From assembly GCF_006345805.1 (NCBI RefSeq), contig NC_042998.1, positions 149,668,001 through 149,732,000 of the forward strand: a DNA stretch of 64,000 nt, read 5' to 3'. The notes under the pieces were generated by a model. It did not search any database, was not told the DNA's origin, and was given only the letters and a program-made list of their open reading frames with translations. The DNA comes from Octopus sinensis. Its lineage: Eukaryota. Below, in pieces: positions 1 to 12,029 of the stretch; within the stretch, counting starts at the first letter, position 1; each line of letters starts with the position of its first letter. The translations under genes were made by a program, and so were the position numbers.

Positions 1-201
1 CGCCATTGCCTCAGTGAGGCCCAACGCTCTGAGGTCATGCTTGCCTACCTCATCCCATGTCTTCCTGGGTCTACCTCTCCCCCTGATTCCTTCAACTGTT
101 CGGGAGTGGCACTTCTTCACACATCTCTCCTCATCCATCCGCAGTACATGACCATACCATCGCAAGCGTCGCTCTTGCACACCGCATCTGATGCTTCTTA
201 T
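1..201 (-). mobile_element. RTE-clade LINE, ORF2 C-terminal part (3' piece of the element split by a CR1-group insertion)
   Basis: Minus strand translates RSIRCGVQERRLRWYGHVLRMDEERCVKKCHSRTVEGIRGRGRPRKTW, typical of an RTE ORF2 C-terminus. It joins in frame to the piece at 3329 onward across the TTCTTAT duplication. Confidence 0.85.
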
Positions 202-3200
202 AATAATAATAATGAAATTATTGTATACAGTGCTCAGGTGCACCACAACTTGTCAGAAAGTGCATATAAAGTACATGCAGCAATGTAGAAATGTCTGGAA
301 AGTGAACATGCTTGTGTGTGTATGGAGGGGAGAAAATCAAGTGTAGTGTTGGCGAATCTCAGGAAGCATGGAAGTTTTGAAGGATGCAGTGCTCCGACAA
401 CTAACAACCGATGCCGGCAGTTTGTTCCACTCTTCAGTAACTCTCAGCGTGAAAAAATGTTTCCTGAAGTCATGGGAGCTGTGCTGTTTTCTTACTTTGT
501 AAATATGTCCACGGGTGTTAGATGGGTGGAGTTTAAGAGGTGCTCAGAGTTATTGTTTGTGCGATGGTTGATAATTTATGGGTGTCTGCCAAGTCAGCTG
601 CCAGACGTCGGAGTTTTAATGTGTCCATGCCCAGGGAAGTAAGGCGTTCAGGATATGGCAAATGCCTGATGGAGGGTATTCTTTTGGTTGCACGTCGCTG
701 AACAGCTTCTAGACGATTGATGTCCTGGGCAAGATAAGGGTTCCAGACCGGTGATGCAAATTCCAGGTGAGGTCTTACCATAGCTATATAAAGCCGCAGA
801 TAGATAGCCGGAGAGCGGCTCACAAAGGATTTGGTGAGTGATGCCAAGACACCCTCAGCCTTCTTGACAATTTTAGCGATGTGTTTTGTCCAGTGCAAAT
901 AACTGTCGACAATAACACCCAGGTCACGTTCACTTGAAGACTTTTTGAGACTAGTGTTGTGGAGGGAGTAGGTGGACGCTGGGTTTCTCCTCCCAAAATG
1001 CATGGTGGTACATTTGTCCACAGCCAGCTTCAGTTGCCAGTCCATGATCCACTGCTGCATTGTGTCCAGGTCTGCTTGCAATAGAGATCCATAGTGTACA
1101 GGATTTGACCTCTTTATTTGGAGGTACAGCTTGATGTCATCTGCATATTTCAGCACTGTGACATTCTTTAAGTTGGCATCTATGTCATTAACATATGCAA
1201 CAAATAAAAGAGGGCCAAGAACAGATCCCTGCGGCACACCAGATGTCATCTCATAGGGCGAAGAGTGCTGTCCTAGAACTGTGACAACCTCTTTCCGGCC
1301 GAAAATAAAGGACTTTAACCAGTTATAGTTATAGAGTTCGTCTCTTACACCCAACGCAGAAGAAAGCTTCACCATAAGTCTTGTGTGGGCACAGAGTTAA
1401 AAGCCTTAGCAAAGTCCAGGTAAACAACATCCACCCAGGATCCGCGATCAGTGATTGGGTAACGTCCTCAAGAAACTCGATGAGTTGATTACAGCAGCTG
1501 GAGTTAGGAATAAATCCGAATTGTGACGGCTGGCTGAGGCTGTGAGACTTCCAGAAGTTCCAGAGGGTTTCTCTGATACAGGATTCCATCAGTTTGGCGA
1601 TGCAGCTAGTAAGACTGACGGGGCGATAGTTGACAGGCGATGTGCGGTCGCCTTTTTTTAACAGAGGGATGACACTGGCAGTTTTCCACTGTTCTGGAGT
1701 AACACCATTGTCGAGACAGAATTGGAAGAATAGAGAAAGTTGGCATAGAAGAAAGTACCCACTGCGTTTGAGAAGTAGGTATGTAACACCATTGAGACCA
1801 GAGAGAGGCATAATTGCGTTTATTCTTTAGGTGGCGTTGCAGCATTGCTGGTGTAAATTGCATAGAAGATATAGAGTCCGATGTCAGTGGTGATGATGAT
1901 GGAACATTTTGGTCTTCGACAGTAAAGATGCCGGCATAGCATCCAGCAATGATTTCTGCACATTCTTCGGGATTGCCAGTAATCTGTCCTGTGGGGATTG
2001 CGAAGGGGACAACAGGAGAGTGGGGTCTCTGCTTTGAGTGCACATACTTCCAGAACCCTTTGCTGTCAGGGTTAGCTGCAATGCGTTGTTCAAATTCAAG
2101 CACTGCCTTTTTGTCACCTGCTTGAGGTGGTTGGCTGACCTATCGCACTTTTTCCTGTTGCTCTCTGATTTATGCAATTTGTATTCCGTTCAGCATTACG
2201 GCGTTCTTTCCTGGCAAGTCGGACTGCAGTCTCTCAAATTGCACTATTGGGTGGTTTTTTATGCTTGCGTGGTGGTACTAATGCTGCACATGCTGCCCAT
2301 ATTGAATTCAGAATGTTCTGGAGTATAGTGTCCACATCTCCAGAGGCATAAAACTCGCGCCAGTTGGGGCGTTGCAGCTCAGTACAATAAGAGCTCCAGT
2401 TTGCTTTATTCCAGTCAAAGCGGGCAATCTGAAGATGGTTGTGTTTTTTGTTACAACCAATCAGAGACAAGTCGGGCCATGATCATGGAATGATCAGAGT
2501 CACCCAAAGGTTCTTCGGTAGCGACACTAATGATTGTTTCAGGAGAAGCGGTTAGTAGCAGATCCAAAGTGTTGTTACCTCTTGTGGGGGGAGGTAACAA
2601 CTTGGGACCAATTCGAATTCAGCACCAGTTCAAGAAAATCGTCTGCACTTTGCGGCCAACGGAAGGCCTCCCAGTCAATCTCAGGGAAATTGAAGTCCCC
2701 CGCAACATACACATATGTGGCTGTTTTCATGGCAGCCGCCCTGAGGAGATCAAAAAGCTGTGCGTCTTGGCGATAATTTGGAGGACGGTAAATGACTCCG
2801 AGCAGAAGTGTTGACATGGTCATGTGTACATTGCAAGAAAAATACCTCCTGCTGAGATTGGTTCAAATCATCACAGGGGATTGCCGAAAGACTTGATCGA
2901 ACATAAATCATCACACCCCTCCACGGCGATTAATGCGGTCTTTGCGGAACAGGTTGTAGCCGGCTATGCTGAAAACTCCATCACAGAGTGCAGAGTGTGC
3001 CCACGTTTCCGTGACTGTGATGAAATCTGGGTTGATACTTTTGACGTAGGAGACAAAAAGATGCACCTTGTTGCATAAACTACGGGCATTCAAGGACAGC
3101 AGTTTATATCTGGATTTCAGATGATGATATACAGGGGATGGCTGATTGTTCTTGGTTAGTTTCCCAAGATTTTTGCATTGCCAGTTGTTGTGTGGGTGTA

Positions 3201-3328
3201 GTCTGCTCAGTCCAACTGGCATCCCTTATCCACGACTCACCAGACTTGACGAATGTCCAGATCTGCCCATCATCGCGGAGGCTAAAACTCTCCCGTGGCA
3301 CAGAGTTGCGATTTAGGGAAGCCACGGA
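202..3328 (-). mobile_element. CR1/L2-group LINE, 5'-truncated, frameshifted ORF2 (APE endonuclease + RT) with (ATT)n tail
   Basis: APE motifs SLNARSL, VTETW, GVIYRPP, VAGDFN (ORFs 2911-3222, 2575-2823). RT motifs NYRPVSLTS, QFGF, SGVPQGSVLGPLLF, YADD (ORFs 1329-1811, 533-1375). CR1-type C-terminus RPHLEFASPVWNP, LEAVQRRATK. Short AAT repeat at 202-212. Flanking TTCTTAT at 195-201 and 3329-3335. Confidence 0.92.
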
Positions 3329-4988
3329 TTCTTATGCCTAGCATTTCTCTCAGGGTGCTTACACTCTGTCCGTGCATTCACACTGACATTACACATCCAG
3401 CGAATCATGCTAGCTTCATTTCTTTCAAGTCTACGCATGTCCTCTGCAGTCACGGCCCATGTTTCACTGCCGTGAAGCATGGCAGTTCGCACACATGCAT
3501 CATACAATCTACCTTTCACTCTGAGTGAGAGACCCTTTGTCGCCAGTAGGGGTAGCAGCTTTCTAAACTTTGCCCAGGCTATTCGTGTTCTAGTGGTGAC
3601 ACTCTCTGAGCATCCACCCCACTACTAACTTGGTCACCCAGGTAGCGGAAACTATCAACTACTTCTAGTCTCTCCCTGGAGTGTGATGGAATCTGTTTTC
3701 TGAGTGTCTGTGGTGTCTATTGTCCCTGTGCATCTGCCGCACATGAAAGCTATCTTATCTGTTAATTTCCCTTTAATGTTGCTGCACCTCTTGTGCGTCC
3801 ATAGCTTACATTGGGTGCATCTTATGGAGTTTCTACCTACACCTTTCCTACAGCTCGAGCAGGGCCACCTGCCCGATGGGGTGTGTGCTGAGTTCGCCTT
3901 TCTGCATACTATAACTTTGTTCTTCGCTACATTTACTCTAAGGCCCTTTGATTCAAACCTTGTTTCCACACCCGAAATTCTTTTTTAGTTCCGGTAGCGA
4001 TTCTGCTATGAGGGCCAGGTCATCAGCATAGAGGAGCTCCCAGGGGCAACCTGTTTTGAATTCCTCTGTTATTGCCTGGATGACTATGATGAATAAAAGG
4101 GGACTGAGGGCTGAGCCCTGGTGTACACCTACTTCTACCCGGAATTCTTCACTATATTCGTTGCCAATCCTAACCTTGCTGACAGCCTCTCTGTATAGAG
4201 CCTGTACAGCCCTTATTAGCCATTCGTGAATCAACAGTTTCCGCATCGACCACCAGATAAGGGATCGGGGAACCCTGTCAAAGGCTTTCTCCAAGTCCAC
4301 AAAAGCTATGTAGAGGGGTTTATCTTTAGCTAGGTATTTCTCCAGCAGTTGTCGGACCAGGAATCTAGCATCAGTGGTGCTTCTACCCGACACAAAACCG
4401 AACTGCATCTCATCTAAGCAAATTCTCTCCCTAATGAGATGGGTTATGACCCTCTCTGTGGCCTTCATCACCTGATCCAACAGTTTAATACCCCTGTAGT
4501 TATTTCTATCTAGAGCATCACCCTTACCCTGTAGTAGTTGACTATGGTGCTGCTACGCCAGTCATTGGGTATGACTCCATTATGAACTACCTGGTTAACA
4601 ATACGGGTGACTAGGCCATAGCCCGCATAACCAGCTGTTTTAAGCATCTCAGCAGTGATTCATGATGGGCCGGGGGCTTTACCTGGTTTCATATCCTTAA
4701 TTGCCTTAACTACAAGGGAGCTGTCTATTTGGATAGCTGGTCCCTCTACTGGGTCAACATTTGGCAGGCTCTCCTCCTCTCATTCATTCTCCACATTCAA
4801 CAGTCTTCATAATGGCTTCTCCAAGCCTCTTTCTTTTCACCAACAATAAAAGCAAGTGCCCCATCATCCATGCGGACACATTTCTCCCCTGTAACATCAC
4901 TATTTTCTCTGACACACTGTCTAGCAATACGAAATACCTCAGTTCTTTGGTCCTCACGTCGCTGGACTTGGCAAACTTCTTTTCTGCT
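3329..4988 (-). mobile_element. RTE-clade LINE, ORF2 (RT + PHD-like finger + C-terminal region), degraded and 5'-truncated
   Basis: ORF 3953-4480: QFGF, AFVDLEKAFDRVP, GVHQGSALSPLLF, LLYADD. ORF 3655-3969: GLRVN then a C4HC3 finger. ORF 3313-3519: LYDACVRTAMLHGSETW. Upstream KAIKDMKPGKAPGP. Ends at a (GT)n tract. Confidence 0.9.
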
Positions 4989-5062
4989 ATGTGTGTGTGT
5001 GTGTGTGTGGGTGTGTGTGTGGTGTGTGTGTGTGTGGTGTGTGGTGTGTGTGTGTGATGATA

Positions 5063-5158
5063 GGCAAATCGACCTCGGCGGAATTTGAACTCAGAACGTA
5101 ACGGCAGACGAAATACGGCTACGCATTTCGCCCGGCGTGCGTAACGTTTCTGCCAGCT
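5063..5158 (-). mobile_element. tRNA-derived SINE family A, 5' portion
   Basis: Minus strand has an A-box-like TGGCAGAAACG and a B-box-like GAGTTCAAATTCC. Near-identical to the copy at 30320-30550. Confidence 0.7.
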
Positions 5159-6205
5159 TTGCTTTTTTAATATTACATTTCGGCGAAGTTTCGCTTGTCG
5201 TAGCACAAGTTTCCGTCGATTTCCGTAAAAAACTTTTATTTTTTTACATAAGTAATGAGAGCGAAAGAGACTAAGAGGAAGCGATTTTATGACGAGGGAA
5301 GTTTGTCTTTGAAGTTACCGTCTAGGGGAAGCATTGATGTACATGTGTGTGTGTGTGTGTGTGTTTGATGGGGTGTGGGAGACAGTGTTGTGTAAGTGAA
5401 GTGCTTCTGTTAGTGGTGTGAAGAGACAGAGAGAGTAATGTGTGAAAGAGAGAGATAACTGAAATTTTTTACTCGGTGTATGTGTATATGTATGTCTGCA
5501 TGTATGTGTGTGTGTGTATGTATCTATGTATGTATGGCCAATTCATCGTAATTACGATGAATCGGCCATACATACATACACACACACATACATACACACA
5601 CACACATACTTACACATACATACACACACACATACATGCAGACATACAGAATGGAACATTTTCAATTTAATACATGTGGCTTATTAACTAGTTTTAAATA
5701 TTGTTATTAGAAGGTGGCTGACTTGTTTACATTTAAGATGTTTAATACGTCACGAAATTGGTGGTCGAGACGGAGGAGTAATAAAATAAAGCCGAATGAC
5801 GGAATATCATTGGTTAAAATTCTAATTATTAAACAACGTTAAACTTAGAAGTTACAATTCCGTTTTCATTCTGGTTTACAATTAAGTTTACTTTTGACAC
5901 ATTCTACCAGTATACGAAGTTTCAAATTGTTTGGTTCAGTAGGAAAAATTTGAAAAAACTGGCTTCAGAATAGAAAAGATCCCGAGACTATAGTAAAAAA
6001 AAACATTACCCCAATGTGCCATGCAGTCAGACCGAAACTGCAACCATATAGTTCGGATATAAACTTATAAAAATTTATCTGACGAGATTCTGTGAAGTGT
6101 CCAGTTGCTCACTTTCATTGACAACATACGCAGTAGGATTGAACATGGAGGCGAAGTGGTGCTTTTAAGAGTATACACACACATAAAATGTTTCCTGTTT
6201 CCTGA

Positions 6206-6244
<39 letters not shown>

Positions 6245-6586
6245 CTGTATGTGTTGATGTACACTTGATATCTGTCATCGTCAGACTAACAACATCAGCG
6301 CGCCACACGGTTTGTGAGAAATGATGCAAAGATTAGTGACAGAAGGGGTGGGTACTTGGTATGTTGTTGCCCCGCCCCGTTTCCTTTGTTGGGAGTTAAT
6401 GCTAAGAGATGGTGAAATTTATTGGTATAATCACCAGCTGGCGCTACTGGTCATGACCATATCATATTTTATATAACACGGTAATAAACCATTTTGTCAC
6501 TGTAAGTTACACCTTAGTAACTAATCACACAATCAAACACACTTATGTTTTTGTGTGTGTGTGTGCCTGTATCTATGCATATATAT

Positions 6587-6629
<43 letters not shown>

Positions 6630-6774
6630 AACAGATACATACACACATATACACATACTTAAATATATGTATATACATATATTAACATGTATATATATAT
6701 ATTTATACATATATGTATACACACATCGTTATATGTATGCATTTACATACATACATATGTATGTATATACATGT

Positions 6775-6840
<66 letters not shown>

Positions 6841-6903
6841 GCATACTCATAGACAAACACATTTGTATATATATATATATAATTCGTTAACAAGAATAGT
6901 GTT

Positions 6904-6950
6904 GACAATGACTCCAAAGTTTCAGTCCACTTAACCTTCATCAGAATTTG
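6904..6950 (-). ncRNA. Candidate type I hammerhead ribozyme in a Penelope-type terminus
   Basis: Minus strand CTGATGA-AGGTTAAGTGGACT-GAAAC-TTTGGA-GTC: intact core, short stem III and GUC site; stems I and II imperfect. Upstream (6950-7080) encodes WIPKIQPYDPKLRGLN, resembling a GIY-YIG C-terminus. Confidence 0.55.
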
Positions 6951-7413
6951 TTATATCAAGTTTTTCGTGTCATTGTATATTCTCTGGTATGTTAAATATT
7001 TTGTTGAATCTGTAATCAGGTGTGTCTATTAAGGCCTCTCAGTTTTGGGTCGTAGGGTTGTATTTTAGGGATCCACATAAGAATATGACGATATATATAT
7101 ACACTTACATATACACGCATACGTACGTATGTATGTAGATCATATTTTATCTTTCATCCATTACCTGTTTCATTCATTAGACTGCTGCCAAGCTGGAACT
7201 TGACGTGTAGAATATCTGATATAACAATATTTCTGAAATTTATCAGCTCAGCGTTGAACCTGACTGAAATGTAATGGAAAATAGGTCAGTTTCAAAACAT
7301 TGGTGTCCAGATCACAAAAGCAAAGTTCGAAGGGAATAACAGTAATTTTCTTTGATTTCTAGATAGAAGTAAATAGGAAATAACACTTACCAAAGACAAA
7401 AGAAAACAAAAAT

Positions 7414-7608
7414 GGGCGCAGGCGTGGCTGTGTGGTAAGACGCTTGGTTCCCACCCATATATTTCTAGGTTCAGTCCCACTTGGGCAGGTGTCTTCTATT
7501 ATAGCCTCGGGTTGACCAAAGCCTTGTGAGTGGATTTGGTAGACGGAAACTGAAAGAAGCCTGTCGTATATATATATATATATATATATATACGATGGGC
7601 TTCTTTAG

Positions 7609-7639
<31 letters not shown>

Positions 7640-7849
7640 TTGTATCTGTGTCTGTCACCCCACTGTCGCTTGACAACCGTTGTCGGTGTCTCCGTATCAC
7701 TGTTACTTAGCGGCTAGGGAAAAAAAGAACGATAGAATAAGTACTAGATTTACAAAGAATAAGTCCTAGGGTCGATTTGTTCGACTAAAGGCGGTGCTCC
7801 ATCATGGTCGCAGTCAAGTGACTGAAACAAGTAAAAGAATAAAAGAATA
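7414..7849 (+). mobile_element. tRNA-derived SINE family B, near full length, internal (AT)/(GT) tract
   Basis: A box TGGCTGTGTGG, B box GGTTCAGTCCC; body GTGAGTGGATTTGGTAGACGGAAACTGAAAGAAG; 3' tail GGCGGTGC...CGCAGTCAAGTGACTGAAAC followed by (AAAAGAAT)n. Homologues at 35923, 50224 and 56780. Confidence 0.8.
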
Positions 7850-8358
7850 GTATTATTTATATATAATAAGTTATCTATTTATTGTGTCTATCACTAAATC
7901 AATTGTTAATTATAAGGGAATTATTAATGCGTTTATAAAAGTTAAATCTAATAACGACAAAATATTCTCAAATAACCCAAAATACGCCAAAAGAATATTA
8001 TAAAACACATATCTGTAAATATTTTCTTGTGTGTTTGCATTGAGGGAACGAAACTATTTAAGTTGAGATGATTTGAAGAGCGGTCTGTTATATGATCTAT
8101 TATATGGTCTATTATATTGTATTTTCTCTATAAGTGATGAAATATATCAGTATAAAGTAGCACTACAACTATTAAGAAGCTTTATTTGTAAACATATTTA
8201 CAGTAATGGCTCTGATGAAGCTATAAAATGCCGCATTCAACTCTCCTTATAGCAGAAACAGTTGTAAGGAAAATCGTTTATAGCTTAACTCATGTTATTT
8301 TGTCATTCATTATTAATACATACATATAAATATACATAATTTACATATACACGTGTGA

Positions 8359-8738
8359 GGGGCAATATCCCGATGGTTAGGGCAGCGGACTCGAGGTCGT
8401 AGCTTCGCGGTTTCAATTCCCAGACCAATGTGAGTGTTTATTGAGCGAAACACCTAAAGCTCCACGATTCTTCGGCCGGGGGTGGTGGCGAACCCTGCTG
8501 TACTCTTTTACCGCAACTTTCTCTGAATCTTTGTTTCTGCTGTACCTGTATTTCAAAGGGTCAGCCTTGTAACACTGTGTGTGTCACGCTGGATCTCCCT
8601 GAGAACTACATTAAGAACTACATTAAGGGTACAGGTGTCTGTGGAGTGCTCAGCCACTTGCACGTTAATTTCACGAGCAAGCTGTTCCGTTAATCGGATC
8701 AGTTGGAACCCTCACCGTTGTAACCGACGGAGTGCCAC
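8359..8738 (+). mobile_element. tRNA-derived SINE family C (tail variant 1)
   Basis: tRNA-like head (GATGGTTAGGGCAGCGGACTC...GGTTTCAATTCCC). Body GTGAGTGTTTATTGAGCGAAACACCTAAAGCTCC is shared with the copy at 55897. Confidence 0.7.
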
Positions 8739-8804
8739 GATGCATACATACATGCACACACATATACACACGCACACACACACTCACACACACACACACA
8801 CACA

Positions 8805-8863
<59 letters not shown>

Positions 8864-8883
8864 ATATATATATATATATATAC

Positions 8884-9963
8884 ACTAGCTGGTGTACCCG
8901 GTAATTCCCAGGAGTAAAGATTTTCTACTGAAACGCCTTATTACACTGATATAGGAAAGCAATTTCGTTATAACTGCCACAAAAGATGTATATTTAGTCA
9001 CGAAAAAGTATAAAAATATGTCAGCAGGAGGAGGGAGAGATTGTTGGAGGTTGGCGAGAGTCAAAGACATTATTCTGCTTAGCGAAGGCATCTGAGTAAT
9101 GTATAACTTCTGTCATTCACAGATATACTATGGTTTTACCATAAGAAAAGTGCTGTTGAAGTGTTAAATGAAATTTGGCAATCGAAGAAACCACTACAAA
9201 TACGTTGTGGAATAAAATATTTATCTACTGTCATGGAAAAAGTGTAATTGTAAAAATGCAGAATTATCGGAGTAATGGACATTCAAAAAGGTGTATATGT
9301 ATAGAAATGTATGAATGAAGTCTTTAATGTTCAAGATTCAAATTAAAGAAAATTGCAATAATAATGTTTTGCAGTTCAAAACTGAGTAGTGAAATACAGA
9401 ATTAGTTCGGCTGATGGTGAGAATCAAATATTGATCGCTTCGTTAAAATCTGCAGGTGGTATGGGTTATTTCCATTGGGTCGTTTAAAGAAAATATTAGT
9501 AATATGTAGCAGATAGAAGGATCCACTGGAAGGGCCCTATTATCGATTTTTTCAATAGTCTTAGTATGTAATGAGGTTTCCAGACATGAGTTCTACTCAC
9601 ATGTTAAATAAAGTATAAAAGTGATATTGTCTGCAAAAATTAGAAATAGGACACACAATAAATCAATATTCTAAATGATCGAGCATAAACAATGAAATGG
9701 GTAATTTCCCTTGAGCGTTTAAAAAATATTGTACAGGTCCTATAGGTTATTTCTCTTGGGTGTTTAAAAATAGTTATATCAGGTAGATATAAAGGTCCCT
9801 TCCAGGGGCCGTATTATCAATTTTTCAGCGCTCTAAGTATGTCACGAGGTTTCCAGACATGAGTTCTACTCACGTGTCAAGTTTCATGAAAATCAATAAA
9901 ATGATGTAGGATTTAGCTAACAACACCACAAACAAACGCCGATTTTCATCATATGTAGTAGAT
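8884..9963 (+). mobile_element. Putative non-autonomous Helitron/Helentron-like element with internal ~273-bp duplication
   Basis: Starts ACTAGCTGGTGTACCCGG and ends AAGTTTCATGAAAATC...ACAAACAAAC...TATGTAGTAGAT, the same end architecture as 40304-41277. GAGGTTTCCAGACATGAGTTCTACTCAC occurs at 9573-9600 and 9846-9873. Confidence 0.4.
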
Positions 9964-10669
9964 ACATAACATATATATATACATATGTATACAAATAATC
10001 TATATATGAATAAATACACACACACACACACATTATACCATTAACTTTTTACCAGTGAAATGTTGTCGTACGTTCGGTTACTAATTTCTGCATATTTTTA
10101 TTGATATGATAATGCAGGTCGCTTTTGATACAACTACAGTATACTACTGCTTCATTAATGAAAATCGATGCACCTAATTTTTAAAAAGTTGTAATGATGG
10201 TATAAATACAGTGTAAAGATGGGATGGTTGTGAAAGATAGTCAGTTGCTGACAAAATCTGAATAAAGATTGAAACTGGTAAGAACTTATAAAAAGGCAAA
10301 TATTTACGGCTGCACATTGTACTTAATTAAATTCTCTTAGTTTACATCGGAGGCATTGTGTGAAATCTGTTGGTTTATTCTGTATCACATTGTTACATAA
10401 GGCATTTTTGTACAAATATCTCAACTTGTAAAGTCATTCCATCGTAGTTTGGTGCTTAGACGAGGATTTAATCCAAAGACTTGAATAAATCAACAGATGA
10501 GTTTAAAATACAAACACTCAACAATAATACAACGTTATAAACAGGAATATTGAATGGAAAAACAAGAAAATGCAATACTGGAAATTAATGTCCTAATTTT
10601 CATAAGTCATATGGTTCTGTGTAAGATATCCTCTAATCTAAGGACGCTACTTCCCTCACAATCTTTCAC

Positions 10670-11620
10670 ATTGAGTTAGAAAGATGGGAAATAATAGAGG
10701 GCTCTACGGTGCCGATTTCTCTTGTCAGTGTCAGGACTAAGAGTAAAAAGGATGCGGTCCTTAAACTGGCTGGCTGCTATTTCCTCGTTGTAATAAGGGA
10801 CTGCTGCATCAAAAGCAACTTTATTTGGAGAAAGGTTTGAAATCCACCAGATGATATTCTTCACAGTATTTTTTAAGACTATAGGTGATTGGCAGGCGTC
10901 TGTGCTGAAGTACAACATCCTCTCATTAGGTTTGCAGTAGGGCCTTCTATGAACCGGTGCCCAACTGGAGCGTTACATCTAAGAAATTTTGTATGGTAAA
11001 TTTGATATCTATAGTAACCTTAAGCCTAAGGGAATTAAGAGCGTGGATCACACTTTCCTTAGCTTGTTTAGGGTGTGCCCGTTCACTTCTCCGGGGATGG
11101 CTGAAGCATCATCTCTACATAAACCAAGGCTTGTTGACAAGAATGTCTTACTTAAGGTATCTAGTATAACGAGGCCTGCAAAGACGCAGATATCTGTGCT
11201 GTCGAATGCTTCCATGATCACATCGAACGAGCCTTTAGTGTCTGTTCATTTGACCAAGGCCGAACATTTGTCGAACAACAGGCTCTATCTCGAATGCATT
11301 ATTATCTCGATATCCCTATCGCTAATCTCCTAAGTTCTCTTTCTAGCAATATTTTTTGATATAGATGGATAAACGTCCATTATATCGAATAGAGTTAAAC
11401 TTGCTGTACCTCTCTCGTGGATTGCCTTAACCATAAAATTACTTCATTAGTATTATGCCATACAGAGAGACGGGATGCCTTCCATATATGTTAACCTACC
11501 AGCCTGATTTCTGATTTTGCTTGTGTTAGGGTTAACAAAGTGGCAATTGAGGTCGGAGGCAAAGTTCGACTTGTGATCCTTAACATTTATAAAGAAATTT
11601 CTTAAAGCAAAGTTTTACTC
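10670..11620 (-). mobile_element. Penelope-like element RT fragment, heavily degraded
   Basis: Minus-strand remnants DVYPSIS (cf. DFYPSI), VIMEAFDSTDIC (cf. MGSFDGAEIC), GLCRDDA (cf. GLYRDDGL), and ORF 10676-10918 SPIVLKNT...PYYNEE...KRNRHRRALYYFPSF. Confidence 0.7.
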
Positions 11621-11986
11621 TGTCTTCTATATCCAATACGCTAGCAAACTGGCTTCGATGTTAATGCTATCGTACGTATGTGAGGATCATCTCACTCTCT
11701 TTTCTTTCTCTCTTCTCTCTCTCTTCTCTCCCTCTGTCCCCCTCTCTCGCTATGTATGTATGCATGTATACACATACACACACACATATATATATACGTA
11801 TATACACACATATATTTGTGTGTGTACGTATTTACGTGTATATTTGTGTGTGTGTGTGTGTGTGTGTGTAAGATCTATATATGTGTGTATATATATGTAT
11901 ATATACACACGTATTTGCATGCATATATGACCGTGCGATTTACTTGTACTCTTTTCTATATATATACGTATTACGCATATATATAT

Positions 11987-12029
<43 letters not shown>

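Noticed and set aside
6290-6460. Slightly GC-richer patch with a CCCCGCCCC box, a possible promoter
   Set aside because: A single short motif with no downstream gene or other support.
7414-7490. tRNA-like A and B boxes (also at 8359, 29708, 30500, 55897)
   Set aside because: They are SINE heads: no complete cloverleaf or acceptor stem, and they continue into repeat bodies.
8213-8240. CTGATGA-AGC...GC hammerhead-like start
   Set aside because: GAAA and the cleavage triplet are missing.
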